Source of the DNA: Histomonas meleagridis 2922-C6/04-290x
Lineage: Eukaryota; Protista; Parabasalia
Direction of reading: 5' to 3'
Assembly (NCBI GenBank): GCA_020184695.1
Contig: JAANOX010000144.1
Span: 1 to 64,000 of the forward strand
DNA length: 64,000 nt
This document shows positions 1-12,700 of the stretch, piece after piece. Each line of letters opens with the position of its first letter. Positions within the stretch are counted from its first letter, which is position 1. Both the position numbers and the translations under genes were made by a program. The notes below the pieces were generated by a model. The model saw only the letters and a program-made list of their open reading frames with translations. It had not been told where the DNA came from and ran no database searches.

Positions 1-2788
1 CATAAACTTCGATTGTATTACTATACGGCCTTATTTCATCATTCAGTACAGAAATGCAGAACTTTATTGTTTTATATTTTCGTCAATGTTAAGTGAAAAG
101 ACTTTGAGATGAATAAAACGCAAATTCTCCAATAATTTGAACTAGTCCAGGTGTATAAATGCATTATTAGCCGATCCTGTTGTATATAATAATAAATTTT
201 TGTAATATTCTTTGTTAAAGAATTCCATCATTTTGATAATTAGAAAATTTATTATTATTTTGAGATACATTTATATATTTAATTTGAACACCGTAAAAAT
301 GAATAATCATAAATACAATTACACCTTTTGGAATAGAAATAGTTTTCAAGTTGAGCACAGTAACTAAATGCATAAGGAAATAGCTGAGACTGATTCAGGA
401 ATTATAATATTTCTTGGTGATTCGACATGAATCAAAGGAAAATTCATTAATTCGTGTTAAACTTTCGCTGAGTTTAATTGATTCCTAATTTGAGCACAAT
501 TTAGAAAAAGATTTAATTGAAATTATAGAATTTGGAACTTCAAATTTTTCTTTTGTGTTTGAAGGTGGATAATAAAGAATTTGTGTAATGTTTTTGTTAT
601 AAAGAATTCCATCATTATCATTGTTAGAATAAAATTTGTTCTCTTTTGAAACATTAAAAAATTGAAGTTTTAAACATTCATCAAATACTGATTCACCAAT
701 TAAAGTAACTGATTCAGGAATGTTAACATTAACTAATGAAATACAATTATAAAATGCAAAATCATCAATTTGGGTAATGTTATCATTCATAATAATTGTT
801 TCTAAATTATAACAATATGAAAATGCTGAAATACCAATTGACGTTACTAAATTTGGGATTTCGATTTTTGTTAATGAGATACAATAATTAAATGTATTTT
901 CGTCTATTTTATCAATGTTTTCACTTAAAATAATTGTTTCTAATTTGATACAATGCAAAAATAATGATTGACCAATTGATGTTACTGAATGAGGAATTTG
1001 TATATTTGTTAATGAAGTACAATTCCTAAAAGCATGATTTCCGATTGTTTTAACATTCTCACCAATAATAATCACTTTCAAATTTGTGCATTGATAAAAT
1101 ACATAATCATTAATATTAATTATAGAATTTGGAATTTCAAATTTTTCTTTTGTGTTTGAAGGTGGATAATAAAGAATTTGTGTAATGTTTTTGTTATAAA
1201 GAATTCCATCATTATCATTGTTAGAATAAAATTTGTTCTCTTTTGATACATTAAAAAATTGAAGTTTTAAAACATTCATCAAATACTGATTCACCAATTA
1301 AGTAACTGATTTCAGGAATGTTAACATTAACTAATGAATCACAAAAAGAAAACGCAAAATCATTAATTACAGTAACTGAATTAGGAATTGTAATATTAGT
1401 TAATGAATTACAAAAAGAAAATGCAGCTTCTTTAATTATATTAACATTTTCTCCAAAAATAACATCTGTTAAATTAGAATTACAACTAAATGTATATTCA
1501 TTAATTGTGGTAACTAAATTAGGAATTCTAATTTTAGATAATGATCTGCAAGTAGAAAATGCAAAATTTTCAATTATTTTAACATTTTCTCCAAAAATAA
1601 CTTCTGTTAAATTAGGGTTATATCCGAATGCATAATAACCAATATAAGTTACAAAATTCGGAATTATAATTTTTATTAAAAAAACATTTATGAAAAATTA
1701 CCAATTGAAGTAACTGTATTAGAAATTCCTTAAGTTTCTTTTATTTCGTTTTGGATAATATCCGATTTGAGTTATTTCTTTATTATAAAAGAATTCCATC
1801 ATTTTGATAATTCGAATAAAAATTTCTATTTTTCAATTGAAACTTTAATATTTTCAAGACTATAACAAGAAAATGCATTGTTTTCAATTAATTTAACTGA
1901 TTTGGGTATTATGACTTCAGTTAAATTACAATTTGAAAATGCTTCTTCACAAATGGTTTCAACATTTTCCCCAATGGTTAAAGATTCTAATGAATGACAA
2001 TCATAAAATGAATAAGATCCAATCTCTGTAACAGTGTTTGAAATTACAACTGTTTTTAAGTGATAACATGAATTAAATGATGAATCACCAATTGTCTTCA
2101 ATCCATCATTAAATATAAGTGAATAGTGACTACAATAGCCAAAAGAAAAAAATCCAATCGATTTTAATGATTTTGGAAATTTGAAATTTTCTGTGTCAAT
2201 ACCAACACCAAAAAATGCATAATCTCCAATTGTTTCAACATTATCACTCATGGTAATTGAGGTCAATGGACAAGAATAAAACAATTCATTTTCAATTTTT
2301 GTTATTGAATTTGGTAAAACAATGATATCAATATTACATTCTCGAAATGCTGAAGAACCAATAGATGTCACTGAACTTGGAATCGTTACAATTGATAGAG
2401 AAGTACATTCTCGAAATGCTGAAGAACCAATAGATGTTACAGAATTTGGAATTGTGATATTTAATAGAGAAGTACATTTTTGAAATGTTGAAATACCTAT
2501 GGATTTTACAGAATTTGAAAGTGTAATCATTGATAACTCGTTACATGAATAAAAGGAGAAATCTGAAATGGTAACAACTGAATTTGAAATTATTACAGAA
2601 ATTAACGCAGGCCAATTTCTAAATGCTGAATTCTCAATTAGATTGACATCATCCACAAAATTAATAAATTCTGTTTTGTCTTGATATTGTTTGTATGTTC
2701 CTTGTGAAATATCAGCTGCATTGACAACTAGCGTGTTGTTTTCTTCTATGAAAATTTGAGATGAATGAATAATGAACAAAATAAGCAT
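1..2788 (-). pseudogene. BspA-like leucine-rich-repeat (TpLRR/LRR_5) surface protein, broken by many single-base indels; runs off the window start
   Basis: Repeated motif C..L..I.IP.SVT.IG..AF in ORFs 1826-2788 and 485-1297 and in the unannotated frames between them. Frames are joined by indels at homopolymers (about 1830, 1700, 1270-1315, 490 and below). Internal duplication of about 527-740 at about 1125-1338. Confidence 0.85.
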
Positions 2789-3065
2789 TAAAATTCAAAA
2801 TTCTCAAATGAAAATTTGTAATGATAAATACATTCAATTTTGTGTCGGCAGTTATTTCATCGGGATTGACGATTAAAATACATATAAAAAGTCTAATGTT
2901 CCCATTAAAATTCTGCTACAGGAATACTAATATGTAAAAGGCCTTGAAACAAAAATTCACTTTTAGTGCTGCTCGATGCCCATTTATCAAACTATCCAAT
3001 AAGCGCGAACCGAATGTTATTGATATTTTTTTTTATATATTTTTAACATTTTTACACTCATTTTT

Positions 3066-3117
3066 TTATTCAGATGGGGCCCTTTAATCGTTTTCTATTC
3101 AAATCCGATTTTCACCC
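3066..3117 (+). repeat. Dispersed 52-bp repeat, copy 1
   Basis: TTATTCagATGGGgCCCTTTAATCGTTTTCTATTCAAATCCgATTtTCACCC is near-identical to 55333-55384. Confidence 0.8.
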
Positions 3118-3509
3118 TCACTATGATTTTTTTGTTTCAAAATTCGTATTTTTGTGTTTTTTACATTTCATCTATTAATAATTTAATGTTTTACTTACCC
3201 ACTTTTTCCCTATATCATGTCAACCTGCGAATTCATCCATATACTAATATGATTACCTGTTTTTTCGTTTTTTTATTTATTTATTTATTTTCTCTCTTTT
3301 CTCTACTCTTAATTTTTTTCTTTTTTCATTCTTTTATTAAGATAAAATTTTCTTTTATTTATTAATTTTTATCTTATTATTTAATAGTAATTCATTTAAA
3401 TTAGATATTTTGAATATTCACTAAAAATCATTCGCTTTTAACTTTATAAGATTATGAAACAAAAGTATTTGAATTCTTTTCAATTTGTATAGTCTATATA
3501 TTCTTAATA

Positions 3510-3512
<3 letters not shown>

Positions 3513-3544
<32 letters not shown>
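3513..3544. repeat. (TA)16 microsatellite
   Basis: Read directly from the sequence. Confidence 0.95.
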
Positions 3545-3549
<5 letters not shown>

Positions 3550-4460
3550 CCTATTATCATATGCGTAAACCAATTTTATATGAAGATATATCAATTTTAT
3601 TTTTAAGTGTAGTAATACCCACTTGTTCAGAAAGAGAATTCTCAAAATTAATGAGTTTGTTGTGCTTATAATTCATTAAAAATCTTCATCTATTGCAACA
3701 ACCTCATCAAGCACGCAATAGGGAAAAGGTTGATAATTCTTAAATAAAAAAAAGTGTGCAAGATTAGAATTGTAGAATTTTTTTTCATAAATTCTAACTT
3801 ATTATTACTATTAAAAAAAATGTGGAATTTTGTTTACTTATATCAAAAGAACTCATATGACCATTTTTGGAAAAATTATTGTTTTTGTTTTACAATTGAT
3901 ATTTGGCTGATACGTATCATTCAAAATGTTGAGAAACCGTTTAGGTAGAAAAAAACCTTGTTAACCGTCGAAGATTTTCTGAGGTATATAATCGTTCATT
4001 AATTTTTTATATTACTCCAAAAAGTTAGCATGAAATCACATAAAATGTAAGTACATAATGCAATGCATTATAGTGCTTTATTTCATAAAACTAAATAAAA
4101 ATCTGATGTATTTTTATAAATCTATCAAATGTAATTTTACATATTTTAATTTGATCTCGATATAGGCAAAAGGTATTTTCAATTGAAAGTTAAATGTTAA
4201 TTAGAGTCATATTTTTACGTTTTAATACAATAATATTGGATCAAGTTCAGGAACAACGAACATCGAGTACGTCAGGTACAAAAAGACGTTAAATCACTTG
4301 ACCTATTCGAATAGCACTTTTCTGCCGCTGTTTTTTTGGCTTTTTTCATTTACGGTTTTATACAAAAGTAAACTTTTTGAATTATTTTCAATGTCAGTTA
4401 GCAGTTGTGGGAGCAAAACGACATTTTAAAATTCGGCGGGATTAACTGAACATCATTTTT

Positions 4461-5009
4461 ATGTTTGCAAATCAAGGAGAAGTTGAACAACTTGGTGTTT
4501 GGCAACCTCAACAACCAAGCGCCACTGTTACATCATCAGCTATAGATGAAGCAGATAATTCTCACCGTCCACCAAATGCATTTATCCTATATTCTCAAGC
4601 AATGAGAGCAGAAGTTAGGCAGAACAATCCAACCTTATCAAACATTGAAATAAGTAAGATACTCGGCAAAATGTGGAAGGAAGTATCAAATGAAGTGAAA
4701 CTTCAATATAAGCAACAAGCTGCAAAGCTTCAAGAAGAGTTTAAGATAAATCATCCAAATTATACATATAGGAAAGCACGCAGGAAGAGGGCTTTGAACG
4801 AACTTTTGACAAAGAATAATTCCAGTTACGATCCAATGCTAATGATGCACATGGGAATGATTCAAAACCCACAAATGAGTCTTTACCCTGGTCTGAATGG
4901 AATGCAGCAAATGCCTGGAATGGTCGGAATCCCACAGATGGCTGGAATTCCGCAAACACTCTACAGTACGATGAATCCTGCATATTCGTTGACACAGGAT
5001 GCCAAATAA
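4461..5009 (+). CDS. HMG-box (SOX/MATA-type) DNA-binding protein with Met/Gln/Pro-rich tail
   Basis: HRPPNAFILYSQAMRAEVRQNNPTLSNIEISKILGKMWKE...YKQQA...HPNYTYRKARR; Inr-like TCATTT just upstream of the ATG. Confidence 0.92.
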   Translation: MFANQGEVEQLGVWQPQQPSATVTSSAIDEADNSHRPPNAFILYSQAMRAEVRQNNPTLSNIEISKILGKMWKEVSNEVKLQYKQQAAKLQEEFKINHPNYTYRKARRKRALNELLTKNNSSYDPMLMMHMGMIQNPQMSLYPGLNGMQQMPGMVGIPQMAGIPQTLYSTMNPAYSLTQDAK

Positions 5010-5513
5010 TTTTATTTTTAAATTTAGTAATTAAAAACAAATTTTCTAGGAATTTTGTCTAATTGTAAGAAAACAAATATTTGCTCCAAAACCTTATATT
5101 TTATATTAGAAAATAACTGCACATTTAGAGGCAAAGGTATTAATATAGTGAAAAATTGGATAACATATTCGTATTAAAATTTTCGTTTTACCCTTTTAAT
5201 TTTACATTAAAAAAGCATTGTATAAATTATCGTGGAATTACTTATGGTTATTAATGAAAAAATAGAGAATATTGTCAATTTGGTATAAACGTTCGCCTGT
5301 TAGTGTGGGATGTTATGATAAAATATTGTAGAAAAAATCAACTGTTAGAACTCTAAATAAAAATGTCTTTTTATTACGCTCAATCACTCTGTCATGAATA
5401 GATGTTGGGATAAGTTTGTTAATGAAAAAAAGCTTTGAGCAATTTTTATGATTTATTGTTTCTGCCAAATAATATAAAGGACTTCGCAAATACAAAATCA
5501 AAACTTTACGATT

Positions 5514-6410
5514 TTATTGTCTTAATCCGCGAAGAAGTCCCATCAATCCTTCTAAATCGGAATTATCTCCATCTCTGTCCACATGCATTTGAACCTTTCT
5601 CGACTTTGTGCACCACCTTGATATTTCGTTGTCGTATAGCAGTAATGGTTTGTATCTTCCAATCAAAAATTTTAATGTTGATTCAGATCGGAACTCGAGA
5701 CCTTTCAAGTAGAGCCTAGAGAAGTTTACGAGTGGTTGTTTGAGTACTGTGGGCATTGGGTCATCGATTTTGTCAAGAAGATTAAAAAGATAATATGAAT
5801 AATCTAATCCATGAAGTCTGATGGAAGCGATCATTAAAATGCATCTAGCAACAATATACTGTGGTACAAGCGAGTTAATGTCTTCGGTGGTATAGATTTT
5901 GATCCATCGATTTAATAATGTGGATAATTGTTGAAGGGTCTTTTGGACTGTGGCATTCTCTGTAGAATCAGCTTTGTGATTGAAAAGAATATTGATCAAA
6001 AAGGATTGAGCATATCCATAAAATCCTGCAGCAATAGAAATTTCGACTTCTTTGGTTAAAATCATTTCTTGGCTGTCTTGGAAAATAAAACTAAGCTTCT
6101 TGCAGTAACGGAAGAATTCTGGACATGCTATAGCTGGAACAGCAAGTTGTTCGACAAGTTGGAAAAATAAAATCTTTAAATAAGTTCTGATTGTTGGTGA
6201 ATTAAGTGGGAAAATACGAATAGCACGGTTTGCACAAACTGCAGCTGCATGATGTTGATTTTTCTTGATAAGATGACTTGAAAGATTCATAAGAAATAGC
6301 ATTGCGTCATCATTCTTTTTATCTTTTAAAAGCTGCCTTACAATCTTTCTAGATCGCTCAACTGCAAGGTATCCTTTTCCTTCATCTGCAATCTGGAAGA
6401 CTTTATCCAT
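5514..6410 (-). CDS. Probable Get4/TRC35-like helical protein
   Basis: N-terminal GYLAVERSRKIVRQL..KK.DDAMLFL..LS.HL...NQHHAAA, then PLVNF....L..LE....TL..L...YKPLL and C-terminal GLMGLL resemble the Get4 pattern (judged by eye). Confidence 0.55.
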   Translation of the reverse strand: MDKVFQIADEGKGYLAVERSRKIVRQLLKDKKNDDAMLFLMNLSSHLIKKNQHHAAAVCANRAIRIFPLNSPTIRTYLKILFFQLVEQLAVPAIACPEFFRYCKKLSFIFQDSQEMILTKEVEISIAAGFYGYAQSFLINILFNHKADSTENATVQKTLQQLSTLLNRWIKIYTTEDINSLVPQYIVARCILMIASIRLHGLDYSYYLFNLLDKIDDPMPTVLKQPLVNFSRLYLKGLEFRSESTLKFLIGRYKPLLLYDNEISRWCTKSRKVQMHVDRDGDNSDLEGLMGLLRGLRQ

Positions 6411-6503
6411 TTAAGTTGGCTTGATTCAGAGGGTAAAAATTACCCCTCAAAGCGGTTTGATTTTTCATTTTGATTTCAAAAATATTTTTTTTTCATATAA
6501 ATT

Positions 6504-7676
6504 TTATTCAAACAAATCTCCGTAAAGTAATTGATTTAATCTTTCTTGTTCTTTCCTTACTGCATTTTGTTTTGAGTCATCAATTCTTTTGACTTTACAA
6601 GGAGTTATTCTTTGTACTAATGGTCTATTTAACTTTTTTGGTGTTGGTTTTTTTGATCTTTCGATTATATTTTCCATTCTTATTCTTTGTTCTTTAATTT
6701 CTTGTGTTTGTTTTAGTTTACGTTTTTCATTTCTTCTAGCTATATCAAATTTATTTTGCTTTTCAATTATAAATGTTGGTGAAATTGTTTTTAATTTTTT
6801 GTACATTTCTTCAAGAGAATTTTCTAAGTTTTGAAGCATTGTAATGACAGAAAAATCTGTACTTTTATCAAAGCATTTAAAATAAGTCTTTTTAACTAAA
6901 GAAGAAATACGTTGAAGTTCTTTATCAATATTATTTGATATTTGTGGATTAATAACATCTATGTTATCATCATATTTTAATTTATCAAGATTTTCTTTTG
7001 TTGTCTTAATTGATTTTTTTGTTTCTAAAATTTGTGTTTGAATATTTGAAAAATTATCAAAATCAATTTCATTAAATTCATCAAGTTTACGTAAAAGAAA
7101 TAAATTATGGGATTTAATTTTATCTAATTCATCAATTAGAACTAATGGTGTATTAAAATATTGGAGTAATTCTTTATCATTTGTATCAAATGAACGTAAA
7201 AAATTTTTGTAAGTTTGAAACGTTTGAAGTAATTCTTCTTTTTGTGAAATCTCAGATTGAAGAATTTCAATGTTTTGTTTCGTCATTCGGTGTTTTTTGG
7301 ATAAATTACTTTTGTTAAGAGCTGTGATTTCTAATTCCTTTTGAGCATTTGCGATTTCTATTTCAAGTTGAGATGTTTCTTTTTTATAAAGTTTTGCTTG
7401 TTGTTCGATTGTATATTCTCTATTAGCTAGTTTTTCTTCTTCTGTTTCCATTGTTTTGCTTAATCTTTTTATTTCTGATAATTTTTTATTTATCAATAAT
7501 TGAAGTATATAAACTTGCCTTTCTTGTGCAATAAATTCAGTTATCCTTTGCCTTCTAGCAGCGTATCCTTCATGACTTGTTGTAGTTGATGTTGTTTCAG
7601 ATCGATTTTGGAGTCGACTTGCATGATTTGAGTGATGATTGCTCAGTGAGAGATAACCAGGAACACGTGGCTTCAT
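6504..7676 (-). CDS. Coiled-coil flagellar protein, CFAP100/CCDC37-38 (DUF4200)-like
   Basis: RITEFIAQERQVYILQLLINKKLSEIKRL...EEEKL..RE..IEQ and C-terminal KKLNRPLV..I.P match the family pattern. Confidence 0.55.
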   Translation of the reverse strand: MKPRVPGYLSLSNHHSNHASRLQNRSETTSTTTSHEGYAARRQRITEFIAQERQVYILQLLINKKLSEIKRLSKTMETEEEKLANREYTIEQQAKLYKKETSQLEIEIANAQKELEITALNKSNLSKKHRMTKQNIEILQSEISQKEELLQTFQTYKNFLRSFDTNDKELLQYFNTPLVLIDELDKIKSHNLFLLRKLDEFNEIDFDNFSNIQTQILETKKSIKTTKENLDKLKYDDNIDVINPQISNNIDKELQRISSLVKKTYFKCFDKSTDFSVITMLQNLENSLEEMYKKLKTISPTFIIEKQNKFDIARRNEKRKLKQTQEIKEQRIRMENIIERSKKPTPKKLNRPLVQRITPCKVKRIDDSKQNAVRKEQERLNQLLYGDLFE

Positions 7677-7731
7677 ATTATCAGCGCGTTGAACAAGAGT
7701 TGTTTGCCTTAGATTTTCTTTATTATCAATA

Positions 7732-9561
7732 TTGTCTGTATCATCTTCTTTTCGGATTTCAAATATTTCAATATCGGATGGTAATGAAAATGGATTGTTT
7801 TTATTTCTTTTTCTTCTCGGAGAATATATAGATTTTTTCGTTGATATTTTGTACGTTAATACTTCTAAAGATTTTCAAGTGACTGAAGAATTGCCTTCTA
7901 ATAATCCCCAACAATTTATTCAATCACCATTAGAAAATTTAGCATCTGTACTAAAGGAAAAAGAAAATAAAATTCATTCACTCAATTCTGAATTTAAAGA
8001 TCTTCATCAGGAATATGAAACAAATTATAATATCATTACGAAAAGAGATCAAATAATTGAGAAACTTAATGGGGATATTAACATATTATTAACAGAAATA
8101 GAAGCAACAAAATCTAGATCGAGATTAACATTACAATATCTTAATCAATCAAGCGAAAAAGTCACATCCTTAGAAAAAAGAGACCAAGAAATTCAAGAAA
8201 AAATGCATGATATCAAAGGTAGTTTATTAAAAGTACAATTTGAAATTGCAAAAATCAAAGAAATCCAAAATAATAAACCTCAATTGATTTCAAACAACAT
8301 TGATTTTGAATCTATACGTCAAAGGTTAGATGATTCAGAACAAAGAAAAAATATGATATATGGATTAGTATGTGAAATCAATGCAGAATCAAGAAAACAA
8401 ATTTCTACTGTCGAATTAGAACAATCAGAAGAAAGGAAAGAAACAGAAACCAAATTTCGTCAACTTGAAGCCAGGAAAACAGAATTATTAAGTGCGCTTC
8501 GATCAATTGAAAGGAACATGAAAGACGAAATTAACAGAATAGAAAATGAAACGAAAGCAATTGAAGAAACTCCTAAAAAGACTAATTCTTTAAAACCCAA
8601 AATTGATGTTGCTCAAAATGATTTAAAAAATCTTGATTTAGAAATAAATGATTTACAAAAGAAAGCTGAAGAAGAAAAACGAACCGAAGATGAAAGACGT
8701 ATTGTTGTACAATTAATACAAAAAAAGCTTGATTGTAGAGAAGAAAGATTAACGAAAGATTTAGAATTAATTAAAGCAATGATTTATGCAAAAGCATGTG
8801 AAATAGAAAAATTACAAAAGTTAGTTAATGAAAAAAATAATGAAAATGAAAAATTTGATAAAATTATTATTGAATTAGAAAATGGATTTGATCAAAATTT
8901 TAATTTTGTGGAAATGTTAGAAAATGAAAAAGAAAAATTAACAAATAAATATTCTAAAATTGCAAAAAAATATTTTTCATCATGTAATAAAGTTGAAGAA
9001 CAACATAAATCGATTATTCAAAACATTAATAATAAAAGAAAAGAAATAGAAAAACTTTCAAATGCAATTATTAAACTTGTACAAGATGCAAAGAAGAGAT
9101 CTGATTTTTCTCATGAAAAAAGAAAAAAATCGAAATTATTAACGATGGAATTGAAATCTCTTGAAGTAGAACTTGAAATTTTAAATAAACAACAAGAAAA
9201 TGATGAAGTAATTCATGTTTTACCTTCATTAGGTGATTCTCCTGTCATTAAACCTTTAGATACTAAACCCATAAAATCATCGAATCAAAAACAACAAAAA
9301 AATGATCAAAAAAAGAAAGAAATTAACACTAAAAAAATCCAAGAGTTAAATAATGAACTTGAAGTTTTATCACAAGAAATGAAAGAAGCAGAACAAAAAA
9401 CACATGAAATGATAGATAAACTAAATGCTATAAAATTAGAAAAACAAAAAATAACAGAAGAAAATAATCAGCTTCAAAAAGAATTAAAAAACTTTGAAGA
9501 AATTAAAAAATATCATAAAATGATATTGATCTCAAGTACAGAACAACCAAAAAAGTCATAA
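7732..9561 (+). CDS. Long coiled-coil protein; start codon uncertain (TTG, no nearby ATG)
   Basis: 609-codon open frame with heptad, E/K/Q-rich composition. Confidence 0.75.
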   Translation: MSVSSSFRISNISISDGNENGLFLFLFLLGEYIDFFVDILYVNTSKDFQVTEELPSNNPQQFIQSPLENLASVLKEKENKIHSLNSEFKDLHQEYETNYNIITKRDQIIEKLNGDINILLTEIEATKSRSRLTLQYLNQSSEKVTSLEKRDQEIQEKMHDIKGSLLKVQFEIAKIKEIQNNKPQLISNNIDFESIRQRLDDSEQRKNMIYGLVCEINAESRKQISTVELEQSEERKETETKFRQLEARKTELLSALRSIERNMKDEINRIENETKAIEETPKKTNSLKPKIDVAQNDLKNLDLEINDLQKKAEEEKRTEDERRIVVQLIQKKLDCREERLTKDLELIKAMIYAKACEIEKLQKLVNEKNNENEKFDKIIIELENGFDQNFNFVEMLENEKEKLTNKYSKIAKKYFSSCNKVEEQHKSIIQNINNKRKEIEKLSNAIIKLVQDAKKRSDFSHEKRKKSKLLTMELKSLEVELEILNKQQENDEVIHVLPSLGDSPVIKPLDTKPIKSSNQKQQKNDQKKKEINTKKIQELNNELEVLSQEMKEAEQKTHEMIDKLNAIKLEKQKITEENNQLQKELKNFEEIKKYHKMILISSTEQPKKS

Positions 9562-9793
9562 ATCAAATTTTTTATTCATTGAAAAAAAGGTGTCCTTTTA
9601 TCATATCTTTTTGCGGAAACAAATTCACAAGGAAAAATTATTGTTACCATTGATTGTTTTTATTAATAAAGATAAGATTTTGTTTGTGGAATTTTCATAA
9701 AGAGAATAGCTTTTTGATTGGGATATTTTTTACAGTTTTTTCAATACTACGATTAAAAATCTCTCAATGATTTAAACGGTCGCTTAAAAAGAG

Positions 9794-12700
9794 ATGGGAG
9801 AAAGCAAAGCTTTAGGAATTTACAATAACTTTATTCCAACAATGATTGATCAACTTAGTAATTTATTTTGTAACTCTCTAACTGAGTTGGTCACAAAATC
9901 AACAGCAAAAGAAGCTCGTTTATCTTCAAATTTCCCTCAATACAATGATAACTATGTATATCAAATTAACAAAATTGTTCAAATGTCAGTCCCATCACCT
10001 TATGATGCCATTGAATCTTTAATTCCTTTATTACCATTTGCTTCAAATCATTCATTTTATGATCAATTTTTCTTAAAAATCGTTGTTTCAAATCGAGATA
10101 ACCAAATATATAATAGCTTTGCTAAGGTGTGTGCATGTAATTTATTTGGTGATATTGTATCTCAAGTTTTAACATTAATCAAAGGAAAATATTCAAACCC
10201 ATTACTTTTACAAACCATTGTTCTTTTACTTGATGCCAATTTAGAAGTCACAGATCCGAAATATTCCACTTTTTTTTCAAATCAATGGTTAAAAATATCC
10301 AAACAATTTTCAGTTATTATATCATTATTATCAATTAATGATTTTTCAACCATCCATCAAATTTTTACCACAAAAATGAGTCAAAAGAATCCACCAAACA
10401 TCTCATTAATTGGAAATTTTTTCAGATATCTTCGAATCGACGATACGAGTAAAGTTAACAAATGCATTTCATTATATTTCCAAGCCATATCTAATTCCAA
10501 AAAGAAACCACATATCAAATCATTATTATGTTCATTAAAATATTTAATTTTCCAATTGGAAGATTCAAATGAATTTGAAAAATCCAAAGAATTTCAAAAC
10601 ATTTGTAAACATATTAAAGGCAGTGATTGCAAAAACATTGTCAACGAAATCAAAGCGATTTTATTAGGCAAACATAAGAATTTAACTGTTGATGAAGTTA
10701 AACATTTTATATCTAAAATCTTTGAAAGCAATAAAATGAAAACTCAAACAAAACTTAAATGTTTTTTATATATAATTCGCGGTGGAAAATTTGATGCTGA
10801 TTCAATGTTTTGGCGTTTTGGATCATTTAATCATCGGAAAGATATCACAAAAGAATTTACGATGTTATTAAATATTAATTCAGAAGAAATTGTTAAAATA
10901 TATTTTAATTATATGAACAAAATTGAAGTTAATAATAAAACAATTCCATTAATATCATCGATATTATTAAATTTTGCATCACGAAAAATTAGTTCTTTAT
11001 TTAATATCATTCATGAATATACGAATTATAATGAATTAGAACAAATATTTCCATTATTAATAATGTTAAATAATATCATTAATCCTAATTTGAATTTCAT
11101 TGATAACATATTAAAAAATAATACCGAAATTACACAAAAGAAATTACAAGATGATATTCATACAATATTAACATTAATAAAGCCGACTTTGATTACGATT
11201 TTTAATAAAATACAATTCGAACCTATAAAATATGCATTTTCTACTTCGCCTTTATATATTAATAAATGTCCAAATAAATTAATTCCAATATATAATATCG
11301 AAAATGATGATTTTTTATTACAATTAATTAATAACTTAAAAATATCTGATCAAAAGATGAATGAAAAACTAAAAGAATTTAATTTAACATTTAAACGAAT
11401 AAATTTAGAAACATCCAAAAATTTAAACATTGAACCAACATTAAAAGATAAGTCATTAATAAATTTAATATGTTTAATCATTGAAATTGTTACTGATTTA
11501 GAATTAGAAACTATTATATTACCTAAATTAATAAATTCATGTTATTCATCATCACAATGTATTTCTAATTTTTCATTATATGTATTTCAATTTATATATA
11601 TTAAAAAAGAACATTTTCGAATACAAATCATTAAATTAATCATCAAAACAATTTATGAGATAACGAAAGCCGAAAATGTATTTGTTTTATTATATTTATT
11701 ATATCATCTTTTAATGTTACAAATATTACCTATTAAATATGGCGACTTTAAATCATTTACTGATTTTGTTAATGAAATTCAAGCATTATTAATCTTTACA
11801 ATCGAATCACCATATTTAGAAATACGTAAATTAACATTATTAATAATCGATCGATTCCAAGAAATCTGTTATCAAAACAAATATGGTATTACAATATTTA
11901 GTGAGATTGAATCACATAAAAATATTATATTATTACGAATTAAATCTCATTTCCCTTCGAATAAAAATGATTTACCATTTTTCACATTTAATGATATTTG
12001 TTGTTGTTCATGTCATAAGTTATTTAATATGTATTTTATTGAAGTATTAAATATATTATCACAAATATCATTTAAAGAAACATGTAAAATATTATTAGAC
12101 ATAAATTTAGATAAGTTTAAATATATGCCTAATGAAAATAATAATATTGATTTTAATAAAACATTACATTGGATAACTTTAATAATTATGCATTGTGGAT
12201 TACAATTTCCACCAATCGAACGTAATCAACGAATGATTGAAGAAATACCGAAACTTTCAAAGTCTAATTTATATAAAGATTATTCTGATATAAAATTTAA
12301 TACATTAAATTCGAAATTAGAATTAGATATAAAATTCATACAAAATAATTTGGTGCCAATCCTTTCATTATATTTAAATAAAGAATCTAAAGAGAAAACT
12401 TGGGCAAAACAAGTTTTATATACGTTTTTAGATTGTACATCGATATCTTCATCAGTAATCTTTTTCGAATATTTATCACAAAAAATTAAAACTATCATTG
12501 AATATCCAACGAAAGTTAAAATCCTTGAATCATTATTACAAATCTCGAAAATATTACTTTATATGATAAAATTACCTAATTTCCAATTAATGATTTGTTA
12601 TTCTTGTCGAATCGTTAATGACATGAAAAACATTTTACATTATTTCGAAACTTATTCAACACAAAACAATGATAAACAAAAGAATATCAATGTATTAAAT

